From positions 1-38,724 of the forward strand of contig JBJFGS010000037.1 of the NCBI GenBank assembly GCA_051892935.1: 38,724 nt of DNA, written 5' to 3'. Shown piece after piece: positions 19,401 through 28,751 of the stretch. Within the stretch, counting starts at the first letter, position 1; every line of letters starts with the position of its first letter. Below the pieces are notes generated by a model. It was not told the DNA's origin. It made no database searches and saw only the letters and a list, made by a program, of their open reading frames with translations. Both the position numbers and the translations under genes were made by a program. This DNA is from Candidatus Coprovivens sp. (lineage in GTDB: Bacteria > Bacillota_I > Bacilli_A > RF39 > UBA660).

Positions 19401-22400
19401 TTTATTCAAATCAACACTAGAAATAAGATTCCCGTTTTCATCATAATCATATGAATATGCTTCTAAATCTTTGAATAGAGAAAAATTCGTATAATAACAA
19501 TCGTTCGCTCCACCAAAATTATTGATATTTATCTCTAAATAATCATAATCCCATTCTGCTTGAAAATTTTCCGAAAAAAACTGCCAATTATCTGATCCAA
19601 CATTTAAGTATTTTGCAGGAACACACGCTCCAAATTCCATACCATCATTATATCCAAAGAAAATTGTTGCCCAACAACCTGGCATAAGACCTTCTCCACC
19701 ACTCGGATAAATTCCAGAATTTTTGTACCAAAATGATAGATTATATGTATCACCAGCTTTTCCTTTTACGTTAAACCTTTTATCGACTGTTATGCTACCA
19801 ATTGGTTCTGAATGAACCTTCAGTGCTTTTACTCCACAAGACAATTCTTTAATTTCGGCGTATTCTGTTGTCGACCCCGAATCTATAGTCCAGCCACTGG
19901 TTCCTTTTTTAAAACTACTATTATCTACCATATTATAATAATTAGCTACATCTCCTTCTTCCAACTGGATATCATCAAGATATAAACTTATAGGACTTTC
20001 ATCAACATTTTGAATTGTTAATTTAAGGTTATCTGTTGCTTCTGCAATATATTCTATCGTAACTGAGTATCTAACGAAATCATTTGTCAGTTTAGTAATA
20101 TGGGTTACGGCTCTTGTATCATCGTATGATAAAATAAAATCTAAACATAAATCTTCGCTACTTTCAACTAGAGATGTTCCTCTTATATATCCACTGAATG
20201 TATAAGTTTTACCTTTTGGAACTACAAATTCTTTATATATATATCCTCCACCTCTAGGTATCCCAATTTCTAGAGATTTTAAACCACTTCTTGATTCTGC
20301 AGTACTTGTTGTGTTTGTAGAATTAATATCTCCATTTGTAAATCTCATGGATTCCTCGCCTTCAAAAGAAGAATCGTCAATTAGATTATCTATATAGTTA
20401 ATTAAAGAATTGTCAGATATTATTTTATTAGAAGTACCTTCATCTTCATTACCAAATACATATGATTTTCCATAAGCTTGGTTTAAATTATCATTTTCAT
20501 CGATGCTAGTTATTCCAATAAGGTTCCCATAACTATTAAAAATATATGTATTTACATGTCCTTCATTATCAACAATTTTTGTATCTTCTAAGTTATAGCT
20601 AAATACTAAATAATTACCTTCATTTCCTAATTTGCTTATTTCAGAAACTTTTTTTATTCTGAAAGAGATTTGATTAATATATTCGTATTTTATTGCTAGT
20701 CCATTCGAATTAACAATTTTATCTATTAGATTATTATCATTATATATGATATTTTCTGTTATTCCTAGCGAACTAATTTTTGTAATTAAATTATTCTCTA
20801 AATGAACTATTGTTTCTAGATGTGGACTTACAAAAGTTATTTTATTATCGTTATAAGTAACGATTATTTCTTGATTAAGCCCATCAATAACTTTTGTAAT
20901 CCTATTTTGAGTATCATATGTTATTGTTATTTTTTTACCATCAACATTTTGTATTTCCTCTAAATAATATATTTCTCCGTCATTGTGTTTCACAAATTTA
21001 CTTATATTTTTGGCTTTATCAGTCATTACATAATGCTCATCTTTAAATTCAACTGATAAATCTAGTCCATCTTCATCAAAATATTCATTGGAATATGAAA
21101 TTTCCTCATTTTCAGAGTCATTTATTTTTCTATAGAAATAATGTATTGTACCATCTTCATCTGTATATTTTAGTAATTCTTGTTCTTCTATTATTTCTTT
21201 TACTAAAGTTTGTATTAAGCTTGGCTTAATACCTAATCCGTATCCATAGTCATTGTTGAGCTCGACATCGGTTGTATTGTAAACTAAATATAAATTTGCA
21301 GGTAGCCCTCCACCTACTGTATTGGCTACATCATATGTAATCGTAAGATTTCCTGTATAATTATTAATACTTGCTTCACCAAAATTATGTTCTTGAGTTG
21401 TATATGACAAATACGATTCGATACCATTAAAATTTTTATACGTGATGGAAATCAGTGGTTTTGAATAACTAGTATCGTTATAATCTTTCGAAACATAAAA
21501 TGCAGGTCTACTATTATCCGTTACCTCTTCATTATATTCTTTTAGCATTATTCCATAGTTTGGCTCTCCATTATACCATTTTTGAACTAAACTAGTTATA
21601 TTAAATATATCTTTATAATCATCTCCAGGTTCTTGATGAAACGAATCCATTCTATTAGCATAGCAATAATCTTCTATATTACTTGAGTAATTGTTACTCA
21701 TATTTTCCCATTTGGCGCTGCTTTCGTTCCAATTTTGAGTCAGTTTGTGTACTGAAATCATCGGAACTTTATTTTGGTATGCTAAACCAAATTCATCTGG
21801 ATAACAAGACATAACGACACTAGCGTCAACCACCTTGTATCCAGCAGGTATTTTAGGTAATTCAAATTTTAATAATCCTCTGTATATCACATTACTTTTA
21901 TCGGTACCTACGTATAAATATGGCTGATTATATGTAGTACTATTTTCATCACCATCAAAAATATATGTGTCTATTACACTAGAACTTGATTGTACATTTG
22001 TAATTGTTGGATCAATTACTACAGGATAACTTCTACTCTTATCATTTAACCATTCTTTATCTATATCAATTATTAATTCGTATCCATAAATTGTTTTTTC
22101 TAGTTCATATTTTATAGATTCAGAATAAACATTTTTGCTATCAAACATATATGGTTTTTCTATTTTGAAGCACTCTATTTCGTTGTCCATAAAACTTATT
22201 GTATTATCTTCGTTTAAAACCAATCTCAAATTGGTGTTTATATTATAATTAAATCTTTTTTTTGAAGTATTATTTTTTAAAATAATAGATTCTTTCAATT
22301 GATTAGATAGAACTTGATATTTTAGATCTGTATTTATATATATTTCTTCATAAATTATCGAATTAGATGAGTTATTTTGTAATAATTTTTCTTGATTGCA

Positions 22401-22697
22401 ATTACCAATTACAGTGTTATCCGTTTCTTTTGGAATCAATGATAACTTTTTATTTTTATAAGAGATATTAATTTGCAGTGGTTGATTGTTGTCATTAAAT
22501 TCTATTTTAAAGTCATTATCTTTATTTTTATAACCTCTAGGTGTTTTCTCTAAAGAATTATTAATTTCCTTATATTCTCCTTTATCTAAATAATAGATTG
22601 GTTCTTTAAATAATTCAATTTGTATGGTACCATCATGATTTAGAAAACGCTTACTATTAGCAGTTCTAAATTCTTTTAATTCTTTTCTTTTTTTCAT
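16415..22697 (-). pseudogene. RHS/YD-repeat polymorphic toxin 2 (about 2094 aa if joined), split by a frameshift in a (TA)n tract; PD-(D/E)xK-like nuclease CT
   Basis: ORF 17442-22697 is a collinear paralogue of toxin 1; ORF 16415-17482 carries the RHS core, VDEDG, a hydrophobic segment and RPDV...VEVVSKSQ; junction in (AT)7A at 17444-17458. Confidence 0.88.
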
Positions 22698-22709
22698 ATT
22701 TTTACTCCG

Positions 22710-23372
22710 TTAACTAACGCGTTTCCACATATTAACTGGTAAATAAGGAGGAAGTATTGTTGTCTCACTTGTTTGAGGTACTGCTGTCATTGCCCCTGTT
22801 TTACCGCCTAATGCTGTTCCATAAGTACGAGTTTCAGATTTTGAAGCTACTGCTCCACTTATCGTTTTTCTTAAGTTTTGACTATAGCTTACTCCACTCA
22901 CTTCTCTTGTATTAATATATTGTGCAGAGAAATCTACACATGCAAATCCTGAATCTCCTAAATTATGTGTATGTGCTCCTACAGTATGCTTATGTTTAGT
23001 ATCTCCTCCTGGACTTCCTAAAACATAGTTAGAGTTAGCTCCTATTAAAAATTTTCCTTCTATTTTTTCCCATGTTCCACCAAATAACGTTGCTGGATTG
23101 ACTTCTCCTACATTCATATAAATTGAGCCAATTGGATATATTTGATCGAAGTTAATTGTTTGATTACTACTTGTTTCACTTACTGTAGTAATACTATTTA
23201 CAATTAGATTACCTTCACTATCCAAACTAAATTTATCATTATTGGATGTTATACATCCTACGTTAATATTGTTAAATTCTCCGTTTAATCCGTTATCAGT
23301 TGGTGTAAAATATTCGTCATAATAATTTGTAGTAGTTTCTACTGTTTCTGTATTTGTTGTTTCTTCATTCAT
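22710..23372 (-). CDS. Phage baseplate/tail-fibre tip-like protein (gp10 C-terminal-like), copy 2
   Basis: IYPIGSIYMN...NPATLFGGTWEKIEGKFLIG, HKH and HTH motifs, LPPYLPVNMWKR; paralogue of 14413-15099. Confidence 0.75.
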   Translation of the reverse strand: MNEETTNTETVETTTNYYDEYFTPTDNGLNGEFNNINVGCITSNNDKFSLDSEGNLIVNSITTVSETSSNQTINFDQIYPIGSIYMNVGEVNPATLFGGTWEKIEGKFLIGANSNYVLGSPGGDTKHKHTVGAHTHNLGDSGFACVDFSAQYINTREVSGVSYSQNLRKTISGAVASKSETRTYGTALGGKTGAMTAVPQTSETTILPPYLPVNMWKRVS

Positions 23373-23552
23373 ATTATTTTACCTCTTTCTTTTTTTATAA
23401 TTTATGTTTAAATTAGTTTATTCTTTTTTACCTTCACCTACTTCCACAAGATACTTTTCATATCTCTAAGTTGAGAATAATGGCGAATTGTAAAAAAAAC
23501 TATCGCTTATTTGGCGAAAAAGATTCGCTCGAATGGCGAATCTCTTTTAAAT
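23358..23552 (-). repeat. Cassette upstream repeat A, copy 2
   Basis: Matches 15085-15280; palindromes at 23503-23517 and 23525-23539. Confidence 0.9.
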
Positions 23553-23558
23553 TCTAAG

Positions 23559-24512
23559 TTATTTTAAATATTTAGAAATTACCCAAGCTTCTGAATCTGG
23601 TGATATTTTTGACCAACCAAATCTTATACCATATACTTTTACCTTTGTTCCATTTTTCAAACACGCTATTGGTTTGTTACTTTTTTTTGTATTACGTTTT
23701 TTTCTAACATTCAGTCCTTCTTCGTCTGCTCCAGTTATAGTCTTCAGTTTAGGCTGTTTTTTTGATAAATAAGTCGAATAAACATATTTACAATCTCCTA
23801 AATAAGCTCTTCCATCTAAAATTTTTATAACTTTAACTACTGACCCAATAGGTAATAATTCCACAACTTCATTATTTTTAAGTGACCTAACATTTAATCC
23901 CTCGTAATCGACATTGTCTACATACATAATCGTTCTATTTGTAGCAGTTTCCACTTCATCTAATTCCTTGTCAGAATAATCTGGTCTACCATATCCATCT
24001 ATCGATGAAGCATTTAATCGATATTTTTTTGTTCGAACACATCCGCCATTGGATACAACACCTTTTGCACTACTGGTGTTACCTTCAATAGTGTATACAT
24101 ACGTGGCATCTATCTTATATACGAGTCCTGTGTGACAAATTTTATTGTTTTTCTTAAAAAATATTTGATCACCGATTTCTGGACTCTTATGGTATTGATT
24201 TTTTTGGGCATAAAAACTTTTAGAAAAACTTACTCCGGCACCTGTTGATTTATCTGGTTGACATAGTAATTCTTATGCTCTTTTTACTCCAAAAGTTTGA
24301 ACGAAACACCAATCAACAAAAACATCACACCATGAAAAGCTTTGCTTTCTACCATTATAGAAATTCTTTACTTTATCTAAATCTCTAGCATATTTTGTAA
24401 AATTATTTTTACCAGGATTTGCTGTTTTATCATCTAAATAATCGTTACTATTCTTTTCCAAGTACCCTTCTTCATCAAGTGCAATTTCGATTAACTTTTT
24501 TACTGTACTCAT
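23559..24512 (-). pseudogene. CHAP + two SH3b-like domain endolysin with one in-frame TAA
   Basis: The 79-aa and 131-aa ORFs share a frame; reading through TAA 24273-24275 gives WCDVFV...ELLCQP...GDQIFF...HTGLV...TIEGNT...GYGRP, then two LNVR-type repeats (318 codons in total). Confidence 0.85.
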
Positions 24513-24853
24513 TGCTTTTGACCTTCGTCTTTCTTCTTATCCTTTTTTATATTGTTACATGAAGATTCTATCATTACCTCTAATTCTAAATCTGTTATTG
24601 TTATTTTCTTTTCAGTAAGTAAATTTAGTATATTCTCTTTTGCTATATCGTGTTTTTCAATGCTAGATTTATCACTATGTAATTGTTCAACATATTTCAC
24701 TGTATCTTCTATTATATTTTTTTTGATACTATCATTTACATGTTTTTCATATAAGGTCTTTACTCTTAATCCAACATAAGTTAATACTGTTGTTATTATC
24801 GTATATAATAATTCATTTCCGTATGTTGTTATAAATTCTTTTATTAACTCCAT
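24509..24853 (-). CDS. Phage holin, LL-H family
   Basis: Single N-terminal hydrophobic helix, VKYVEQ...EK...IESS pattern, ATGA overlap with the endolysin. Confidence 0.8.
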   Translation of the reverse strand: MELIKEFITTYGNELLYTIITTVLTYVGLRVKTLYEKHVNDSIKKNIIEDTVKYVEQLHSDKSSIEKHDIAKENILNLLTEKKITITDLELEVMIESSCNNIKKDKKKDEGQKQ

Positions 24854-24877
24854 TTTCTACTACTTCCTTTTCTGTTA

Positions 24878-25618
24878 TTACCATGTTCCACTCCAAGTTG
24901 CTTCCGCACTTGAAATAGTATCGTATTTATCTACTATGCTAGCTTCTAATTCAAGCTTATCTAAATCCATAACATATTTTTTTGAATTAGCTAACGATAC
25001 GCTACTTGTAGCATGTGCATAATCGCCGTTTATTGTTTGATTTATAATTGTATATTGAGTATTTTTTTCTACATCAAAATAAAAAGTTTGATCTAGTTGA
25101 ACCAAATCTCCAGTTGGAACTTTAAACGATGTTCCTGCACCATTTGTAAAAATTTTAGGATAATTTGTAGTTGTAGTTGTACATCCTCCATTTGAAACAC
25201 AATATGTTTGACTAAAATGAGTATCTCCTTTTACTTTTACTGATGTTTGAAAACCGATTCCTATAATGTCATAACTTCTTACTTTTGGTATATTCTTCCA
25301 GACTAATCTATTTTTATATCGATAGTAATTTCCATTAGCAGTTATTGTTGCAGTCATCTTCTTATAAGTTGTTTCGATAGTTGTTGAGCTATTAGTTCTT
25401 AATAGTACATCGCTGTTATTATATTCTTCTTCTGTTATTTCAGTTGTTGTTGATATAGAGTTGTTATTTAAACTATAAGTGTTAGCTGTTCCTAGAAATG
25501 TTGCTGTTTTGTAATATTTTGTTGTTTCTGCTAAAACTAATTCTGTTTCAGCTTTTGAAATTTTAGGAAATACTAAAATTCCTAGCATCATAAAAAAAAT
25601 AAATAAACTATGTTTCAT
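24878..25618 (-). CDS. Secreted hypothetical protein (Thr/Ser-rich, probably beta-rich)
   Basis: Signal peptide MKHSLFIFFMMLGILVFPKISKA; AAGGAGG RBS. Confidence 0.7.
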   Translation of the reverse strand: MKHSLFIFFMMLGILVFPKISKAETELVLAETTKYYKTATFLGTANTYSLNNNSISTTTEITEEEYNNSDVLLRTNSSTTIETTYKKMTATITANGNYYRYKNRLVWKNIPKVRSYDIIGIGFQTSVKVKGDTHFSQTYCVSNGGCTTTTTNYPKIFTNGAGTSFKVPTGDLVQLDQTFYFDVEKNTQYTIINQTINGDYAHATSSVSLANSKKYVMDLDKLELEASIVDKYDTISSAEATWSGTW

Positions 25619-25642
25619 ATTTTACCTCCTTTCTTGATAATA

Positions 25643-25708
25643 ATTATATGAATGAGTTTGTTTATTATAAATCGCTTATTTGGCGAAAAAAATTCGCTCA
25701 AATAGCGA
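25643..25708 (-). promoter_or_regulatory. Sigma-A-like promoter with tandem TCGC-N7-GCGA palindromes just upstream of the -35
   Basis: Minus strand TTTATA-17 bp-TATAAT; palindromes at 25672-25686 and 25694-25708. Confidence 0.55.
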
Positions 25709-25714
25709 ATTTCT

Positions 25715-26449
25715 TTATTTTACGTGTAAGATATGACTAGTTTTTTCGTTTGTATTTTTATCTGAATACTCAACTTTTATTTTTAATTTATTCTTCATTG
25801 AATATTCTATTTCTTTACTTTCTATAAATATTGATACATTTTTTAGTGCATCACTTAATAAAATTTCTTCCCTATATTCTACACGTCTAGAACTAACTAA
25901 TTTATCTTCATAAAAAATAGATATTTCTATTTTATTTACAATTGGTTCCATAGTTGTTCCTAGTTTCTCGTCTTTATATATGAAGTTATTAAATAAGATT
26001 ATTGTTTCTTTTTGATTGTAAACAACAAAACCATCGAAATCAAAAATTTTATTTGTTAAACTTTGAACATTTTCCGTGTGCCATTCATTGTATTTTATAA
26101 TTCCAAATGTTATTGAAAATATAAATATTAAGGAAGTTATTATAATTGAAGCTATTTTTAAATTCCTCTTTTGAGTTTGTTTTGTATAATATTTTAAACT
26201 TTTCAATGCTATTTCATCTTGAACAAATTCATTGTCTTTATTTTTCTTTCCTTCTAAAAGTTCTGTTACTGTAACTCCTAATATGGTACTTAATTCTTTT
26301 AACACTGTTATGTCTGGTGCATACCTTCCATTTTCCCATTTTGAAATAATTCTATTGTCTATGCTTAGTATTTCACCTAGTTCTTTTTGTGTTAATCCTT
26401 TTTTCTTTCTTAGTTCGGCTATAAATTTTCCAATTGAATCTAATTGCAT
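25715..26449 (-). CDS. XRE-family HTH regulator with one TM helix and a probable extracellular domain
   Basis: IGKFIAELRKKKGLTQKELG...ISKWENG...PD; hydrophobic IASIIITSLIFIFSITFGII. Confidence 0.85.
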   Translation of the reverse strand: MQLDSIGKFIAELRKKKGLTQKELGEILSIDNRIISKWENGRYAPDITVLKELSTILGVTVTELLEGKKNKDNEFVQDEIALKSLKYYTKQTQKRNLKIASIIITSLIFIFSITFGIIKYNEWHTENVQSLTNKIFDFDGFVVYNQKETIILFNNFIYKDEKLGTTMEPIVNKIEISIFYEDKLVSSRRVEYREEILLSDALKNVSIFIESKEIEYSMKNKLKIKVEYSDKNTNEKTSHILHVK

Positions 26450-26630
26450 ATAATCACCTTTACTTTTAAACTACCACATTTTTTTAAAATTCAAAGGTCT
26501 CTTTTTTTTATACAGCTGATTCAATCGGTATTTTTCCCTGTAATTTAGAGAGTTTAACACGAATACTCTATTTCCCCTAAATTACATTTTTGGGGATTTT
26601 TCAATGAAATAATTATTTCAGGTGAATGAA

Positions 26631-27074
26631 ATGATTGTTAATAAATTTAAGGCTATTCGTGAATACGAATTAAATATGACTCAAATAGAACTTGCTAAAA
26701 TTTTAGGTGTTCATTCCTCTACAATATCTGGATGGGAAAATAGAAAAGATTGGATTCCTATTAAAAGATTAATCGAATTTGCTAATTTATTTAATTATAG
26801 TTTAGATTATCTTTTTGGCTTAGTACCTAAGAATGTTCCGTTTGATAAAATACATGTAGATTTGCCCAGTTTAGCTAAAAATCTTAAGACTTTAAGAATT
26901 ATGAATAATATGACACAAGAACAAGTTGCAGATAAACTAAATACTAATCAAAATAATTACACTCATTACGAAACTGGAATTAATATTATTCCTACAAGTT
27001 TTCTATATGATTTAACAAAAATATATAAGCCTTTTTCAATTGACGAATTATTTAATAGAAAAAGAATTAAGTAG
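26631..27074 (+). CDS. Tandem two-domain XRE-family HTH regulator
   Basis: MTQIELAKILG...ISGWENR and MTQEQVADKL...YTHYETG; ATG 26631 preferred (AGGTGA upstream) over GTG 26622. Confidence 0.85.
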   Translation: MIVNKFKAIREYELNMTQIELAKILGVHSSTISGWENRKDWIPIKRLIEFANLFNYSLDYLFGLVPKNVPFDKIHVDLPSLAKNLKTLRIMNNMTQEQVADKLNTNQNNYTHYETGINIIPTSFLYDLTKIYKPFSIDELFNRKRIK

Positions 27075-27097
27075 AATAAAAAATCATTCTACTTTTT
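27069..27097 (+). terminator. Intrinsic terminator
   Basis: AAGTAGAAT/ATTCTACTT stem followed by Ts. Confidence 0.6.
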
Positions 27098-27306
27098 ATG
27101 TTATCTTTCCATATCCATAAATAACATCTCCAATATTGTTCTCTGTTAAATATGTTTTTATTACGGAGCTTTTTCCTGTTTTATAATTTCTAGTAATAGC
27201 TATATTATTAATATCTTTATTTTTAATGCATAATTTAATAATAAACTGGAATGTTTTTTATAATATACGAATAGTAGTTTATGGTTGTATGTTTGAACAT
27301 TTCCAT
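27096..27306 (-). pseudogene. 5' remnant of a YobI/KAP-like P-loop NTPase
   Basis: Not in the ORF track. Minus strand reads IKNKDINNIAITRNYKTGKSSVIKTY, a degenerate NIAITGxYGxGKSS Walker A; RBS + ATG at 27306 is in another frame. Confidence 0.6.
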
Positions 27307-27332
27307 CACACCCCTTCTTGTAGAAAATTAAA

Positions 27333-27366
27333 AAAAACACTAAAATTTGTCATTTTTAGTGTTTTT
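27333..27366. terminator. rlmD terminator
   Basis: AAAAACACTAAAA / TTTTAGTGTTTTT stem. Confidence 0.65.
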
Positions 27367-27398
27367 AGTATTTTTTTAAGATACGCTTCTACCTAGCC

Positions 27399-28601
27399 TT
27401 AGCGGCGCTTTAGAACACAGAAAGTCTCTATATGCTCTGTGTGTGGGAACATGTCTAAACCTTTTATTTCGATAATGTTATAGTAGGAAGATAGTTCTTT
27501 TAGATCTCTTGCTAGTGTCATAGGATCACATGATACATATATTATCTTATTAGGAGAGAATTCTATTATAGTTTGTTTTGTTACTTTGTCTAAACCTGCT
27601 CTTGGTGGATCTACTATAATAGTATCTATTTTGTCTTTTATTTTAGGTAGACATACTGATACATCACCTAACATATAATATATATTATCTCTTTTATTTA
27701 TTTTTGAGTTGGTTATGGCATTTAATACTGCATTTTTTACTATTTCGATACCGAAGGCTTTTTTAGCTTTCTTAGTAGCATTTATTCCTAATGTACCTAC
27801 TCCACAGTATAAATCTAGTATGGTTCCATCTTCTTCGATATAGTTATTTACTAAGTTAAATAGTTTAGAACATATATCACGATTTACTTGGAAGAATGAA
27901 TCATATGATACTGTAAATAACTGATGATTAATAATTTCTATAAATGATGAATCACCATCGATATATTGATCGTTTAGGATAATACCAGCTATTTTGTGTT
28001 TACTTTTTAAATAAGGTATATCTGGATTTACTTTGTCTTTTGTTTTTATCCATATAAGGAGTTCACTATTGTAGTTAGAACGAATTGTTACCTCACCATT
28101 TTTTATATTAAGTTTTTTTATATCTTTAATAAAATTACTAATTGCTGGTTCTGCAAGTAGACATTCTTTTATTTCTATTAATTTATGAGATTTACTTTCG
28201 TAGTAACCATATATACCTTTTTCGACTTTTAAAGTAATCTTATTACGATAGTTTAAACTATTTTTACTTTTAATTATTTCAATATCTGATTTGATATTAG
28301 CATATTTAGAAAGAATGTCTTCTAGTTTTTCTTTCTTGTATTTACAAGTGTTTTCATATGATAGATTTAGTAGTTCACATCCACCACAAATATTATAATA
28401 TGGACATGGACTTTCTACTCTAGATAAACTCTTTTTTATGTATTCTGTTACTATTGCTTCATTAAATTTCTTAGATTCTTTTGTTATATTAATTTTTACT
28501 ATTTCTGTTGGGAGAGCATTTTCAACAAAAGTAATCTTATTATTTAAGTAACAGATTCCTCGACCTTGATTATCTAGTTTTTCGATTGTGACTTCATACA
28601 T
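27399..28601 (-). CDS. rlmD: 23S rRNA (uracil-C5)-methyltransferase RlmD/RumA
   Basis: TRAM N-terminus, CPYYNICGGC, SFFQVN, DLYCGVG, VDPPRAG, YVSCDP, DMFPHTEHIE; ATG 28601 preferred for its RBS. Confidence 0.93.
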   Translation of the reverse strand: MYEVTIEKLDNQGRGICYLNNKITFVENALPTEIVKINITKESKKFNEAIVTEYIKKSLSRVESPCPYYNICGGCELLNLSYENTCKYKKEKLEDILSKYANIKSDIEIIKSKNSLNYRNKITLKVEKGIYGYYESKSHKLIEIKECLLAEPAISNFIKDIKKLNIKNGEVTIRSNYNSELLIWIKTKDKVNPDIPYLKSKHKIAGIILNDQYIDGDSSFIEIINHQLFTVSYDSFFQVNRDICSKLFNLVNNYIEEDGTILDLYCGVGTLGINATKKAKKAFGIEIVKNAVLNAITNSKINKRDNIYYMLGDVSVCLPKIKDKIDTIIVDPPRAGLDKVTKQTIIEFSPNKIIYVSCDPMTLARDLKELSSYYNIIEIKGLDMFPHTEHIETFCVLKRR

Positions 28602-28751
28602 AACCAACACCTCTTAAGATAATTATACTATAAATAAAATATAAAGGAATGAGTTTTAAGATTTATAATTAATTTTAATCACTAGAATTATTAAATCTCT
28701 TCTTAGATAAATAGTTTAGTAATTATTGGTAATAATATAAATGGTGATTTT

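Noticed and set aside
8747-22697. T6SS/T7SS effector or classical WapA
   Set aside because: No PAAR, VgrG, LXG or WXG100 domain and no signal peptide; machinery elsewhere in the genome cannot be excluded
23559-23954. Stand-alone SH3 protein
   Set aside because: It is the in-frame C-terminal part of the interrupted endolysin
15231-25708. CRISPR array or integron attC sites from the TCGC/GCGA repeats
   Set aside because: No regular repeat-spacer array, no cas or integron integrase gene, and no GTTRRRY-bounded structure
14413-27074. Intact prophage or tailocin
   Set aside because: Holin, lysin, fibre-like and XRE genes are present, but no capsid, terminase, portal, tube, sheath, tape measure or integrase is visible
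28700-28745. Forespore sigma-F/G promoter for the ger operon
   Set aside because: GGTAATAATA resembles a -10 element, but I found no correctly spaced -35
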